A DNA stretch of 64,000 nucleotides from Octopus vulgaris. Taxonomy: Eukaryota. Position numbers and translations under genes: made by a program. Below, one piece after another: positions 1-19,600 of this stretch (position 1 is the stretch's first letter; each line of letters begins with the position of its first letter). The stretch covers positions 19,964,001 to 20,028,000 of the forward strand of contig OX597826.1 of NCBI GenBank assembly GCA_951406725.2, written 5' to 3'. Below the pieces are notes generated by a model that saw only the letters and a program-made list of their open reading frames with translations, was not told the origin of the DNA and made no database searches.

Positions 1-96
1 TTAAACACGTTATATTTCAAAAATTTCAAAAATTAGCTTCTTAAACATAAATAGACGAATAAACGTACGAGCGACTCAAAGCGACGCGTTGCACAC

Positions 97-115
97 ATAC
101 TACTACTACTACTAC

Positions 116-168
<53 letters not shown>
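97..168. repeat. (TAC)n/(TAA)n microsatellite, 5' flank of the Dong-like LINE
   Basis: Direct read: tactactac... followed by taataataa... Confidence 0.95.
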
Positions 169-8150
<7,982 letters not shown>

Positions 8151-8359
8151 TATATGATTAAACGCCAACCGAACTTATTTTGTGAGTCAAATATAACTCT
8201 GCGACGTGCGAAACAGAGACAGAAAACCAGTGACGGGTTCCTGATGTTTCTATTAACAACATGGAACAAAATGTAAAACGAAAAAATGACACCAAATTGG
8301 TGTAAACAAATGTTTTAGACTGAATTTATTTGGAGCGTTCGAAAACACGTCCGATGTAC

Positions 8360-8492
8360 TCCGTCTCGTACACATGTTTGTGATGCACATGCCTGGTGTA
8401 GTATTATCAGACGAGTAGTCATAATGGGTATACTGGGCTTCGTATATTTTACCTCATTGTCACTTTGATGGCATGCGCTGCTCTTTCACTCA
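8360..8492 (+). mobile_element. 3' fragment of the 555-bp TAA-associated non-autonomous element
   Basis: Matches the reverse complement of 14618-14750 (cacttTGATGGCATG...cactc) and is followed by aataataataat. Confidence 0.75.
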
Positions 8493-8617
8493 ATAATAAT
8501 AATTTTTAGTTATCACCGCTAAGCACACTCACCCTATAAATTAATTACGATGAGCCGTCGATTTGCTACCAGTCGACGGATGTTGACTGGAAAAACATTA
8601 GAGAGATTGTCTCGCTT

Positions 8618-8720
8618 ATCAGCTCGCAGCGTCACCGCTCGGTTTCTGTGACTGAAGAGGAGATTACTATTCCGAAATACTTCCTTCTCGCAGTCAGAAT
8701 GAGTGGCGCTGCGAGCTGAT
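8618..8720. repeat. ~103-bp imperfect inverted repeat (hairpin)
   Basis: ATCAGCTCGCAGCG (8618-8631) is the exact reverse complement of CGCTGCGAGCTGAT (8707-8720), with further imperfect pairing inside. Confidence 0.8.
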
Positions 8721-9552
8721 TTGGGTGCATTTACACCATATGTCTACAGCGAAAATTTTTCTCCGTCACAAAACACGATGACTGACTTGTTTACAAGTCC
8801 GAACGTGCTATTAGCATATTCGAACTGGTATTAACATTGCACTAACACTTTTAAGCCTAACGAAGGCTTTTCTGAATCAATAAATCATCTGCCCTGCATT
8901 CTCAAGAATAAGGTTACAAAGTACATTTCCTCATTCTTATCGCACGAGGCAGCCATTAACGATGCTGCCCTTCAATAGAGAGAAGATACTCGATATAGCA
9001 AGTGGGAGCAACCCTAGAAAGTCTCGCAACATGCCCTACTATTAACCCCCACCTTATAAATGGAATCACGAAATACCCTAAATAACGATAACACCAACAA
9101 GTAAACAAAATGACCAGCTTAAACTTAACTTCTACCTACATTCGTTTGAGGGAAAAGGTTAACACACCCAATACATAAGGACTTAAATACTGGACTTTGT
9201 ACTTTTGTTCTTTACATTGTCAAAGAAAAAGGATTAAATCTAAAAGCAACAAAAATATGTGCCTATGTAACAAAAGAGAAACACTGACGGGGTTGTTTAC
9301 AAAGTTGTAGGTACATGAACAAATTCTAAACTATAACATAACTCCAAATTTAATCAGTTAAAATTTCTCGAAAACATCTCTCCATAACAACCGGCCATAA
9401 GAATCTAATTGCTACCCTACTCTAACCTACACACCCAAGGAAGATTTTAAATCAATTGATACAATATAAAGGCAAGACTACCTCTAACGCATCCAACGAT
9501 GGTGTAGCTAGCCGAACATTCGAAGTCACTGTCAAAAACATTCTTATTTAAG

Positions 9553-9558
<6 letters not shown>

Positions 9559-9632
<74 letters not shown>
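9559..9632. repeat. (TA)n(TG)n microsatellite
   Basis: Direct read. Confidence 0.95.
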
Positions 9633-9633
<1 letters not shown>

Positions 9634-9639
9634 TATTGG

Positions 9640-10600
9640 ATGAATGAATTATCCTTTTTTTACCGTTAACATGGAAAATTCAATAAACAGTTACCAGGGT
9701 AGCAAAATTCACGCAAGTAACACGGATGAAGCGACCCATTCAAAGGTGCAAACTCCCGGTTAATGTGCAATAATTTGTGTGGTATAAGTAAATAAATGGA
9801 GTTGAACGCAGATGTTATTAAACTTCTTTTACTTTGGACATATGTTTCGAAGACAACATTGGTTTTATTCCAAAGGAATAAACGGTATAAAATGCAATCT
9901 TCTCATCAGGAAAGAAAGAGAACCTTTCTCTACAACAAGACATTATAACAATTTTGATGACTGCATAAATGATAAACAGAACGCTATTAAGTATTTTTTA
10001 AAAATCCGTTAGTAGATTCGACGTCAAGGGCAGATACTAGAAAGAGAAGGGTTAAAGAAATAATAAGTAGAGAACAAATAAAGAGGGATACGTTGGTTGA
10101 AAAATGTGCAAAGGCTTAGAAGTAGATTTCTCTATTGAAGTAAAGTGCAAGTTAAACTAACTGTTCAAACTATAAAGACTGGTATAAATCACTTATATGA
10201 GCTAAAGGTATGTTTCTGCCAGTGCTTACATTTGTAAGATCGGTCTATAAGTGTGATAACAAAGTGATTCTTAGAGAAGAGAATATGAAAGAGTTCAGAG
10301 TTGCAAATGTTACAAAATCCCTTGCCCTTATCGTAAGGAAAAGATATGGACATGATGAACCAATCTAACTTAAAATCTTTATTGTTGTCTTTAAGATGCC
10401 AAACCAATTTACTTAGCCCTGTGCTATGACGTTTACTGCTATCCCTAAATGATGAATAATGATCGGAAATTCTCTTAGATAACTGGGAAGAGGATGCGCC
10501 AATGTAGAAGTAGACATCTGTGCCGCAAGAAATTTTACATTGGTATATAGAATTCTTGATCGTAGAATTATTAGACATAAATTTAATTCTGTTGGGGTTG
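9640..10600 (-). mobile_element. Penelope-like element 3' remnant (GIY-YIG endonuclease plus pseudo-LTR region)
   Basis: ORF 10189-10620 reads NSIYQCKISCG...FYIGASSSQLSKRISDHYSSFR...STGLSKLVWHLK...CNICNSE...CKH, the Penelope-type GIY-YIG domain with its Cys/His tail. A hammerhead motif lies downstream on the same strand. Confidence 0.8.
9832..9914 (-). ncRNA. Minimal type-I hammerhead ribozyme motif (Penelope type)
   Basis: Minus strand: ctttc-CTGATGA-gaaga..(long stem II)..tcttc-GAAA-catatg-TC-caaag. Helix III is the palindrome CATATG. There is one mismatch at the base of helix I. Confidence 0.7.
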
Positions 10601-10631
10601 ACCTCAGAGACCAAAACCATGTTTTTATTGC

Positions 10632-10632
<1 letters not shown>

Positions 10633-10700
<68 letters not shown>
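10633..10700. repeat. (TTA)n microsatellite (tail of the adjacent Dong 3' UTR fragment)
   Basis: Direct read. Confidence 0.95.
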
Positions 10701-10702
<2 letters not shown>

Positions 10703-10855
10703 TATGTTTGACTTTTGCTTTATATTTGTACAAGTTGGCTCCAAGTCTCACCCAGAGACCTCAAGAGACAACAAGTTGGAAGTTCATGTTGTTATGCCCA
10801 GTGTGCCATATATTTGGGTTTCTTTTTGGTGTTGTACTAGTGAATGTCTAAAAAA
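10701..10855 (-). mobile_element. 3'-UTR-only copy of Dong-like family 2
   Basis: Near-identical to 12449-12600 (tgtttgacttttgcttt...ggctccaagtctcaccca...gagacaacaagttggaagttc). Confidence 0.85.
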
Positions 10856-10905
10856 AAATTTTTTTTTTAAACGATTATTATTATTGAACATCTGCAATCA
10901 ACTCC

Positions 10906-10954
<49 letters not shown>

Positions 10955-10958
<4 letters not shown>

Positions 10959-12205
10959 TCAAGGTAGAAAATGCTAAAATAATTTTATCATAAAAACATT
11001 TTAGTCCTGGTTGTAGTCATTCAGACTGTTTCAACTCTAATTATGGGAAACAATTAAATTTTTGAAAAATTTGAATGTATCATTTTAAATATTTGCGTGT
11101 GTTTTATTCTAAGATCGTGGTGAATATATCATTTGTTGTAAATGCGTCCAAAAGGGGTCTGTATTTTGTGATAATGAACGACTCTTTACTAATTCGTTGG
11201 CTACAGGTTGTATCGTCCCTAAATTGAGAGAGGATTTTTGTTATTGGCGCAAATGTCGATGTGTTGGCTGAATGCTATTTTTCTGTTTTTCGGAATTTTG
11301 ATCTGGGATCTGTGCAGAGCCTTTGACGTAGACTATTTTCGTTTGGCCTGTATATTGCTCTTGATACCCAGAGCAGGTTAGTGCGTATATCAGGTTCTCC
11401 GAAGCACATGTGAAGCTCCTTTTCACTGTGAAACATTATCCCTATTTGAAGGAGAACTCTAATCTCTCAATGAAATTGACGCATATCCCACAGTTGGGTC
11501 TCTCGAATTTATTTTACTGAGGGTTCAGTGTTTTTGTTGAGCGTATTCGGCTTGTGTTGGGAGACTTTTCATAGATTTGGGCTGTTTCTTGCTTTTTATG
11601 ATGGTGTGTGCTTGGAGGATAAAGTTCATTCTGTGGTCCTTTTTTAGCAGGGGAATGTTTTGAAGGATGGTGTCGAAGGCTTCATTGTTAAGATGGTTGT
11701 GTTGAGATATATGGTAGGGCGCTTGGTTGCAAATCTTTCTTTAATTTGGGATGTCCGAGTTCGTGGATCTTGAGTTGTAGGGCACGTTGAAAGCATATGT
11801 CAGTTAGAGAAGGTGGGTAGTTCCTAGTGATGAGTGTATTCTTTAATTCATATAGTCGTGTGTCCCTAGTGCTTGCATTAGAAACTATAGTACAATTCCT
11901 TTTTGCTACGTTGAAGTGGATATTCATTCTGGTGTGTCTGCACAGATCCCAGATCAAAATTCCGAAAACAGGAAAATACCACTCAGCCAACACATCGACA
12001 TTTGCACCAACAACAAAAATCCAAGCTTCAGAATTTTACCCTCTATCAATTTAGGGACGATACAACCTGTAGGCAACGAATTAGTAAAGAGTCATTCATT
12101 ATCACAAAATACAGACCCCTTTTGAACGCATCTACAACAAATGATATATCCACCACGACCTTAGTATAACGCACACGCAAATATTTAAAATGATACATTC
12201 AAAAT
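10955..12205 (-). mobile_element. Penelope-like element remnant with an inverted duplication of its 3' region
   Basis: GIY-YIG piece FTCASENLIYALTCSGYQEQYTGQT (11241-11426) and RT-thumb-like piece RLYELKNTLITRNYPPSL (11688-11993). About 11070-11337 reappears inverted at about 11935-12203. Confidence 0.75.
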
Positions 12206-12337
12206 AAATATCCAAGAATTTATTAGAAACAATTCGAATCACTACTATAATCCACAACGAACCACTTTTAGGTCACTATGCCACTTAACATCCTACTACT
12301 ATCATACCACTCACGCATTCTTTTATTATTCTTTCTC

Positions 12338-12373
12338 TTGTTGTTGTTGTTGTTCTTCTTCTTCTTCTTCTTC

Positions 12374-12434
<61 letters not shown>

Positions 12435-12448
12435 CATTATTATTATTA
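12338..12448. repeat. Compound (TTG)/(TTC)/(TTA)n microsatellite
   Basis: Direct read. Confidence 0.95.
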
Positions 12449-14290
12449 TATGTTTGACTTTTGCTTTACATTTGCACAAGCTGGCTCCAAGTCTCACCCA
12501 CAGACCTCAAGAGACAACAAGTTGGAAGTTCAAGTTGGTGTTATGCCCAGGGTGCCATATATTTGGTTTTGTACTTACTGTTGTACTAGTGAATGCCTAA
12601 AAAAACCATACGAAAATTATGTTTGTTTTAAAACTTGAGATTGCAAAGGAAGTATTTTGCGTAGGATATGAGCAGTTCCCATGGGCACTATCTTTTGAAT
12701 TTCTGCCATTGTGGGGTTTCCTGGTATTTGAGTTAGGTAGCAATCAGCCCCTTTTGCAATCATTCCCAGGGCGCCTATGACAACAGGTATTGTTTTAGTC
12801 TTCAGGTTCCACATTTTGCTGATTTCTATTTCCAGATCTTTATATTTGCTCAGTTTCTGGTAGGTCTTGACAGTTACGTTTATATCGATTGGGACAGTCA
12901 TATCAATGAGGAGGCATGTTTTTTGTCTCTTACTATGATGTCTGGCCTATTAGCGTCTATCTTTCTATCAGTTTGAATGGTGAAGTTCCAGAGGAGTGAG
13001 ATGTGGTCATTTTCAAGCACTGGAGGTGGTTTGTGTTCCTACCAGTTTTTATCATGGGGCAAGTCCAGGCTTTTGCAAATTACCCAGTGAATATATTGTG
13101 CAGCTCTATCATGCCTGTTGAGATACTCTGTAGGCGCAAGAAGACTGCACTTGGAGACAACATGATCAATGGTTTCATTTTGTTGTTGACATACACGACA
13201 AGTTGGGCTACCGCCGTTCTTTAATATGTTGGCCTGGTAGTTCCTTGTAGGTAGGCATTGATCTTGAGCTGCTATGATAAACCCTTCTGTTTCAGATTTT
13301 AAGCCAGAGGCCATTAGCCATTGATGGGTCAGGGCTTTGTCAACATCTGCATTATTCGCTCTCCTTGAGTATTTGCCATTGAGAGGTTTTTCTTGCCATT
13401 TATCATTCAGAATATCTAAGGCCGCAGATTTAGCACGGGTTTTCATGCGCTTTGCTTTTTCTGTGCTTGTTTCTTGTGTGTCTAATTCCGGAATTTGTTG
13501 TATTCGGAATTCACTTAGATATTCCTTTGCCTGTTTTGTTACTGAGTATGATGCTTTCTTGTTTTCAGGTTTTGAGACAAGTTTTAACAGCCAGTCCTCA
13601 GAGTTTTTCAGATAGGTGTCTAGGCCAATTGTAGCAACCTTCATTGTTATTACCAGTTGTAAAAGCCCACGGCCTCCCTCTTTTCTTGGTAGATAAAGTC
13701 GATCTATATCTGCCTTAGGGTGGTGCATTCTATGCATTGTCAACAGTTTTCGTATTTTTCTGTCAAGATTATATATTTCAGTAATTGACCAGTTAATGAC
13801 ATTGAAACTGTAAGTCACGACTGGTATGGCTAAAGCATTGATCTCTTCGATCCTGTTTCTTGCATTCAGCTCTGTCTTGAGTATTGCTCTTACTCTGCGA
13901 TAACATTCTCTCCTGATCCTTTCCTGCATCACTGAATGTCTTATTCCGTCCCCTTCAATTACCCCTAGGTACTTGTAGCTCTCTGCTGGGTTTAACTCTT
14001 TTATGACATTCTGCTGGTCAAGGTTAACGTTAGATGTTTCTGTCATTTTTCCTTTGATAAATGTAGCTTTTGCACATTTATCGAGGCCAAATTGCATTCT
14101 GATGTCATCACTGAATTGTTTAACAATCGCTAGTAAGCCCTTGAGTTGTTGGTCATTTTTTGTAAAGAGCTTTAAATCATCCATGTAAATGAGATGATTT
14201 ATATTTTTATCAAACATTTTATATCCATACTGCGCGTCATTGAGCAATTTTGAGAGAGGTATTAAGGCTAAACAAAAGAGAGGAGTGGTG
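12449..14290 (-). mobile_element. 5'-truncated R4/Dong-clade LINE (family 2) with a long open RT-to-zinc-knuckle frame
   Basis: ORF 13039-14319: HLIYMDDLKLF, FGLDKCAK, YKYLG, RLYLPRKEGGRGL, CRVCQQQNETIDHVVSKC, RHD. ORF 12617-12901: KLSKYKDLEIEISKMW...VVIGALG. Then a 3' UTR and an (AAT)n tail. Confidence 0.9.
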
Positions 14291-14448
14291 ATAGTGAGTC
14301 GCCCTGGAAAATGCCACATGAAATTTTTACACCACCAGCATTTAGAGATTCATCATCACTGTTCAAAGTTAGTGTGGTTCTCATACTTACAGACAAAAAG
14401 TTTCGCAGAGTAGGCACTATTTTGTATATTTCTAAACATTTCTTTATC

Positions 14449-14617
<169 letters not shown>

Positions 14618-15171
14618 GAGTGAGAGAGCAGTGCATGCCATCAAAGTGACACTGGGGTAAAATATACGAAGCCCAATATAGCCATCATGACTACCCGTCT
14701 GATAAAGGTACACCAGGCACATGCATCACAACCATATGTGCGCGACATGGTGATCTCATATCAAGATAAACAGCACATGACCTTGCAGGTGGGGCCCAGT
14801 TAGAATTTTCTTCAGGTTGAGTAGCCCATCCCGCTCAAAAGGTCTCTGAATAAGGGTTGTTTAAGGATGTTGAAAGAACCACCCATGTTTCCAGAGGTGA
14901 ATTATTCAAACCCCAAAGAATCCCCCCCAACACATGGCCATGATGCTCCCCCACTACTTCCGCTCGTGATCAGAGATGCACATATCGTCAGCCACTAAGG
15001 GACATGCTCAACTGGTTAAGGTCAAACAACTGACAAGCAAATCTGTGGTATTGAGCAGAATATTTGCTGTAGCCCATCTTTTATACCAAGACAAAACAAT
15101 GTACATGATAACACTTCCAATCAGTTAAGATCAGAAGCCATGAGAGCCACTGCCTGGTACTGCATCAGGGC

Positions 15172-15172
<1 letters not shown>
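14618..15172 (-). mobile_element. ~555-bp non-autonomous retroposon-like element embedded in (TAA)n
   Basis: Non-coding and flanked on both sides by (TTA)n. Further copies at 57179-57597, 20627-20875 and 8360-8492 all abut (TAA)n/(TTA)n tracts. Confidence 0.8.
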
Positions 15173-15233
<61 letters not shown>

Positions 15234-15239
15234 TTTGCC

Positions 15240-15527
15240 AAGAATTCACAACGACCTCGAACCCACAAGAGTAAAATAGAGAGACAGTGACAGGCAGAAA
15301 CAAGAAAAATCCCCCTTGAATTTGAATACCATGAAAATATTCTTTTAAAAAACTTTTCATTTAATTTTTCCAAAATTTAATTGTTTTCTATACTTAGAGT
15401 TGGGAAAGTCTAAATGACTGAAACCGGTACTAAAATGTTTTTTATGATAAAATTATTTTAGTATTTTCTACCTTGACTTATTTTCCTTATACATATCCAC
15501 TCGTGTGTTCCTTTTCAACCTTCTACA

Positions 15528-15530
<3 letters not shown>
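15240..15530 (+). mobile_element. Penelope-like pseudo-LTR fragment
   Basis: 15370-15480 is the reverse-complement homologue of 10955-11065; related sequence also lies at 36360-36500. Confidence 0.55.
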
Positions 15531-15588
<58 letters not shown>

Positions 15589-15596
15589 ATTATATA

Positions 15597-15814
15597 CTCT
15601 TTTACTCTTTTACTCTTTTACTTGTTTCAGTCATTTGACTGCGGCCATGCTGGAGCACCGCCTTTAATCGAGCAACTCGACCCCGGGACTTATTCTTTTG
15701 TAAGCCCAGTACTTATTCTATCGGTCTCTTTTGCCGAACCGCTAAGTTACGGGGACATAAACACGCCAGCATCGGTTGTCAAGCAATGCTAGGGGGACAA
15801 ACACAGACACACAA

Positions 15815-15911
<97 letters not shown>

Positions 15912-16062
15912 CATACGACAGGCTTCTTTCAGTTTCCGTCTACCAAATCCACTCACAAGGCTTTGGTTGGCCCGAGGCTATAGTAGAAGACACTTGCCCA
16001 AGATGCCACGCAGTGGGACTGAACCCGGAACCATGTGGTTGGTAAACAAGCTACTTACCACA
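15597..16062 (-). mobile_element. OR1-like tRNA-derived CORE-SINE with internal (TA)/(TG) microsatellite
   Basis: Minus strand: tRNA-like head (GTGGTAAG...GGTTCAGTCCC, B box), CORE-like CTTGGGCAAGTGTCTTCTACTATAGCCTCGG, 3' part ending GGCCGCAGTCAAATGACTGAAACAAGTAAAAGAG repeats. Homologous copy at 31411-31860. Confidence 0.8.
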
Positions 16063-16244
16063 CTTTGCTATATATTTGTACAAGTTGGCTCCAAGTCTCA
16101 CCCAGAGACCTCAATAGACAACAAGTTGGAAGTTCATGTTGGTGTTATGCCTACATGGATGATTTAAAGCTCTTTGCAAAAAATGACCAACTCAAGGGCT
16201 TACTAACGATTGTTAAAGAATTCAGCGATGACATCAGAATGCAA

Positions 16245-16245
<1 letters not shown>
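16063..16245. mobile_element. Dong family 2 fragment: 3' UTR (-) fused to an inverted RT segment (+)
   Basis: 16063-16151 matches 12458-12548; 16152-16245 encodes YMDDLKLFAKNDQLKGLLTIVKEFSDDIRMQ on the + strand. Confidence 0.75.
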
Positions 16246-16304
<59 letters not shown>

Positions 16305-16336
16305 TGTGTGTGTGTGTAGATAGATAGATGGATAGG

Positions 16337-16400
<64 letters not shown>

Positions 16401-16422
16401 CAGACAGACAATCAGACAGACA
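16246..16422. repeat. (TG)n(TAGA)n(CAGA)n compound microsatellite
   Basis: Direct read. Confidence 0.95.
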
Positions 16423-16498
16423 GAGTTTTGCCACTTTGACATTTCGGTAGGTATAAACTGACAGATAATCTTTAGCAAATTTTCTTGTTTTGTTTCAG

Positions 16499-16726
16499 AT
16501 AAACTCAAAAATTTTGTGACAGTGCGCAACGCTTACACCCAAACAAACCTACTCTTGAAAGAGCTACATGACAAAACCCCTGAAGAATGTGCCACTGTTT
16601 GTTTATCATTGGAGAGCTGTAAATCATTTGAGTTCTCGAAAGATGACAGAAGTTGTTCTTTGAAAGATGATATCGCTGGTTTGAAACTGAAAGCTGATAA
16701 GACTAAAAATTATTACCAACGTATTT
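16499..16726 (+). CDS. Exon: PAN/Apple domain 1 (phase 1-1)
   Basis: ttgtttcAG|ATAAAC...ATTT|GTAAGT; 228 nt; TPEECATVCLSLESCKSFEFSKDDRSCSL...NYYQR (C-x3-C-x5-C-x-S-F...C-x-L). Confidence 0.88.
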
Positions 16727-17463
16727 GTAAGTAATTCTATATTTTAACGTTTTATGGAAATAGAAAAAGCAATTAATTAGGTGTATGCTGTTATCTTCCA
16801 GTCATTTCAATACAACCACGTAGCGTCAATTTCTCCTTTAAACTATCTCAATTTTCTGAGATACTTTTTACTAATATATATATATGTATATATATATATA
16901 TTTTGTTTATTCTTCTACCCAAATGTATTGCTTTTCTCTGAAAATGAATATTTAATAAAACTATAACAAACACTTTTAGAATAAACTCAAAACTTCAAAT
17001 CAGTTGAATCTGCAAACATTTTTCAATAAATAATTCTGTATATCTGATTTTCTGTTACATTGCTAATGCATTTGGGAACTGCCTGAACGTCGTGCAATCT
17101 AATTTTCCTTCTTCCGTAGATTTTCAGATTACAAGATATAATCAATTCAACTAATCGTTATTTTGTAGACTCCAAAATAATGAAATGCAAGACATAGAAT
17201 GAAGTTGAATTTAATCTAAGATGGTTCCATTTCTGATACTGAAAAAGAAAATAAGCTTTCATGATTAAGGAATAAAAACAGTTATGTAGTTACCATTAAA
17301 CAAATTTGACAAAAATTACGATGCATTAAGCTGGTAGAAAATTAATTTCTTCAAGCCTCACACTGAATTCATATTAGCTATATGAATACATTGGTAATCA
17401 GTTAAAAAGCCAATAAATTTTATACTCATACACAAGACACGTTATGCAATTTATTTGTTGCAG

Positions 17464-17697
17464 TCGCCGGAATTTTGGTAAACGTCCTCGGTGCCAGCAT
17501 GCCTAAATATGACAATCTGGGAAGAGTGAATAACGTAAATTTGACAGGGTGTATAGAATCCTGCTACAAAAATCCCAAGTGTCAGTCAATGGAGTTCAAA
17601 GAAGGAAGCCGCAAATGTGACCTGTCGAGTGCCTCCCATTTAAACTCGACTTTGGAGCAAAGTAAACATGGCTGGAATTATTACCAGATCGATAGAG
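17464..17697 (+). CDS. Exon: PAN/Apple domain 2 (phase 1-1)
   Basis: tttgttgcAG|TCGCC...AGAG|GTATGT; 234 nt; LTGCIESCYKNPKCQSMEFKEGSRKCDLS...WNYYQ. Confidence 0.88.
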
Positions 17698-18929
17698 GTA
17701 TGTGTTGTATGTTATGATTCTATGGTTGATGAGTGCTATTGACAAAAGAAAATTCACTCATCAATTATGTAGTGTTTATACCAACCATATTTGTCAGTGC
17801 ATGTTACTTAATACTAATTTATTAAATATATTATACATGATTATAAATACACGTGGTTCTGTAAAATAACGACTATCAATTTTGTACTATTATGTGAATA
17901 TCGTTTGAATAAGTTCAGTTCGTACATATAAGTTCAATTCGTCTTCACCTCGAAGAAAATGAGGTTATGAAAGTCAAAAACTAACCAGTTCAATCCTTAT
18001 ATCAATCTACCAAAGCGTAGTGGTTGTAGCTATTGTATAATTACTGCCACCTCTGATTCAGCAGTCCTCGGTTCGCAGGCAGTCAACGAGGATCAAACCA
18101 CAGATCTACCCAGTTATATCGTGGCTCCGCCTAGCTGAGAACTATATTGCATACTGCTACATACAGTGATAAATCATATGCTGTGTTGCATGTGACAGTC
18201 TGAACACGTTACACTCCCCTCACTGTCTGGTATATTTGTTCACTCTAGCGGAGTCTTGTGGACAGTGCAACAGCGAAGGCCGGCACGGTGGATTCGGTCA
18301 GAGTTTTCAGTTGTTGATCCACTGCACTTATTTTTCCAGCATAATAAGGCCAATGAACATTGAATGTTCAACTGTTTACGAGTGCATGTGTTTCTTTGTG
18401 TGTGTGCATATGTTTCCTTTGCAACTATTTTTGTACTTTTGTTCCTGGCAAGTGCAGAGAGTGTGGGTATTTTAAAAGTGCTTTGGAGCGTTGAATCTTG
18501 AGGGTGTTTCGGCGTTTCACAGAAGTTCTCTATGTAATGATAGGGAATCATATAGGATGCAGTATGACAGTCTTAGAATAATCTCTCATTCTCCTCTGTA
18601 TGCAACTGTTAATTATACTTCCGTTGATACTGGGGGAGGCCAAGGTGGAGTCGATCAGAGTACAACAGTTTCTCTTTTTGCATTTGATATTGGTTGTGTG
18701 CATTTCAGTTTGAGGGTATCGTGGCTGTTACTGCTGCATTTATTTCTGAATGTATGTATCTTTTAGCTTGTCTGGAAGAGGCTAATTTTCTCTAGTTTTA
18801 CATACATGTCCCAATGATTATCTGGCTATTCATGTGGTTGCAGTGCTGCAGCAATTAGTAGTCATCGCATGCCTAGGTGGTTTTTCATTTTTAGTTATTA
18901 GCAACGCTTAAGAAAATCAAATGAAAGAC

Positions 18930-19600
18930 TACCATACTTTAACAAAGATCCCAACAAATTACCTTCCACCATCAATAACTGAGTAAAGCAGCACACTCTT
19001 GACCTGAGCTATTTTCACCAGCGCACCCCAGTACTACAGCGATATGTCAATGCTGATGGAATTCAAAGATAATATCCATTGTCTAAGGAATAAAACCAAC
19101 AAATCTGCCTCGCACGAACATTGCAAACCTAAAATGCTAAAGTTCAGACTCACTACCCACACAAACCTCGATGGCAAACTTTTCGCCTTAGTATAAACAC
19201 ACTCGCTAAAGATATTAGGGACTGTTCAACAAAATTACCCCTATTCATCTCATTTCGAATCACAAACAGTCGGAATCGACGTCCGAGACCTTTCACTTAA
19301 CACCGCTTCTAAATCTTTTTCAGTGTTAAATCCATTAAGACAACAAACTTTGAAGCTGAAATATTTAACCACATTGAAAACTCATTTAAACCTAGTATCT
19401 GCCAGGATATCCATTCTTTCAGAATTATAGATAGAAGAGCAGACACTAGTTTGCCTTAATATAACCTATCACAGAAAGACTAATACACCACAAACTACAA
19501 TATGAAACAGAAAATCATGGATAGTACCAGGTCAAATTTGAAAAATGCATCTTCATCCTGTGGTCCGCAAAGAGAATGGTTATAATGCTTCATACCCGAC
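18930..19600 (+). mobile_element. Highly decayed Penelope-like remnant
   Basis: Fragmentary translations resemble the linker and GIY-YIG region of the 10189-10620 type, and hammerhead-like remnants follow at 19892-19962. Weak call. Confidence 0.4.
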
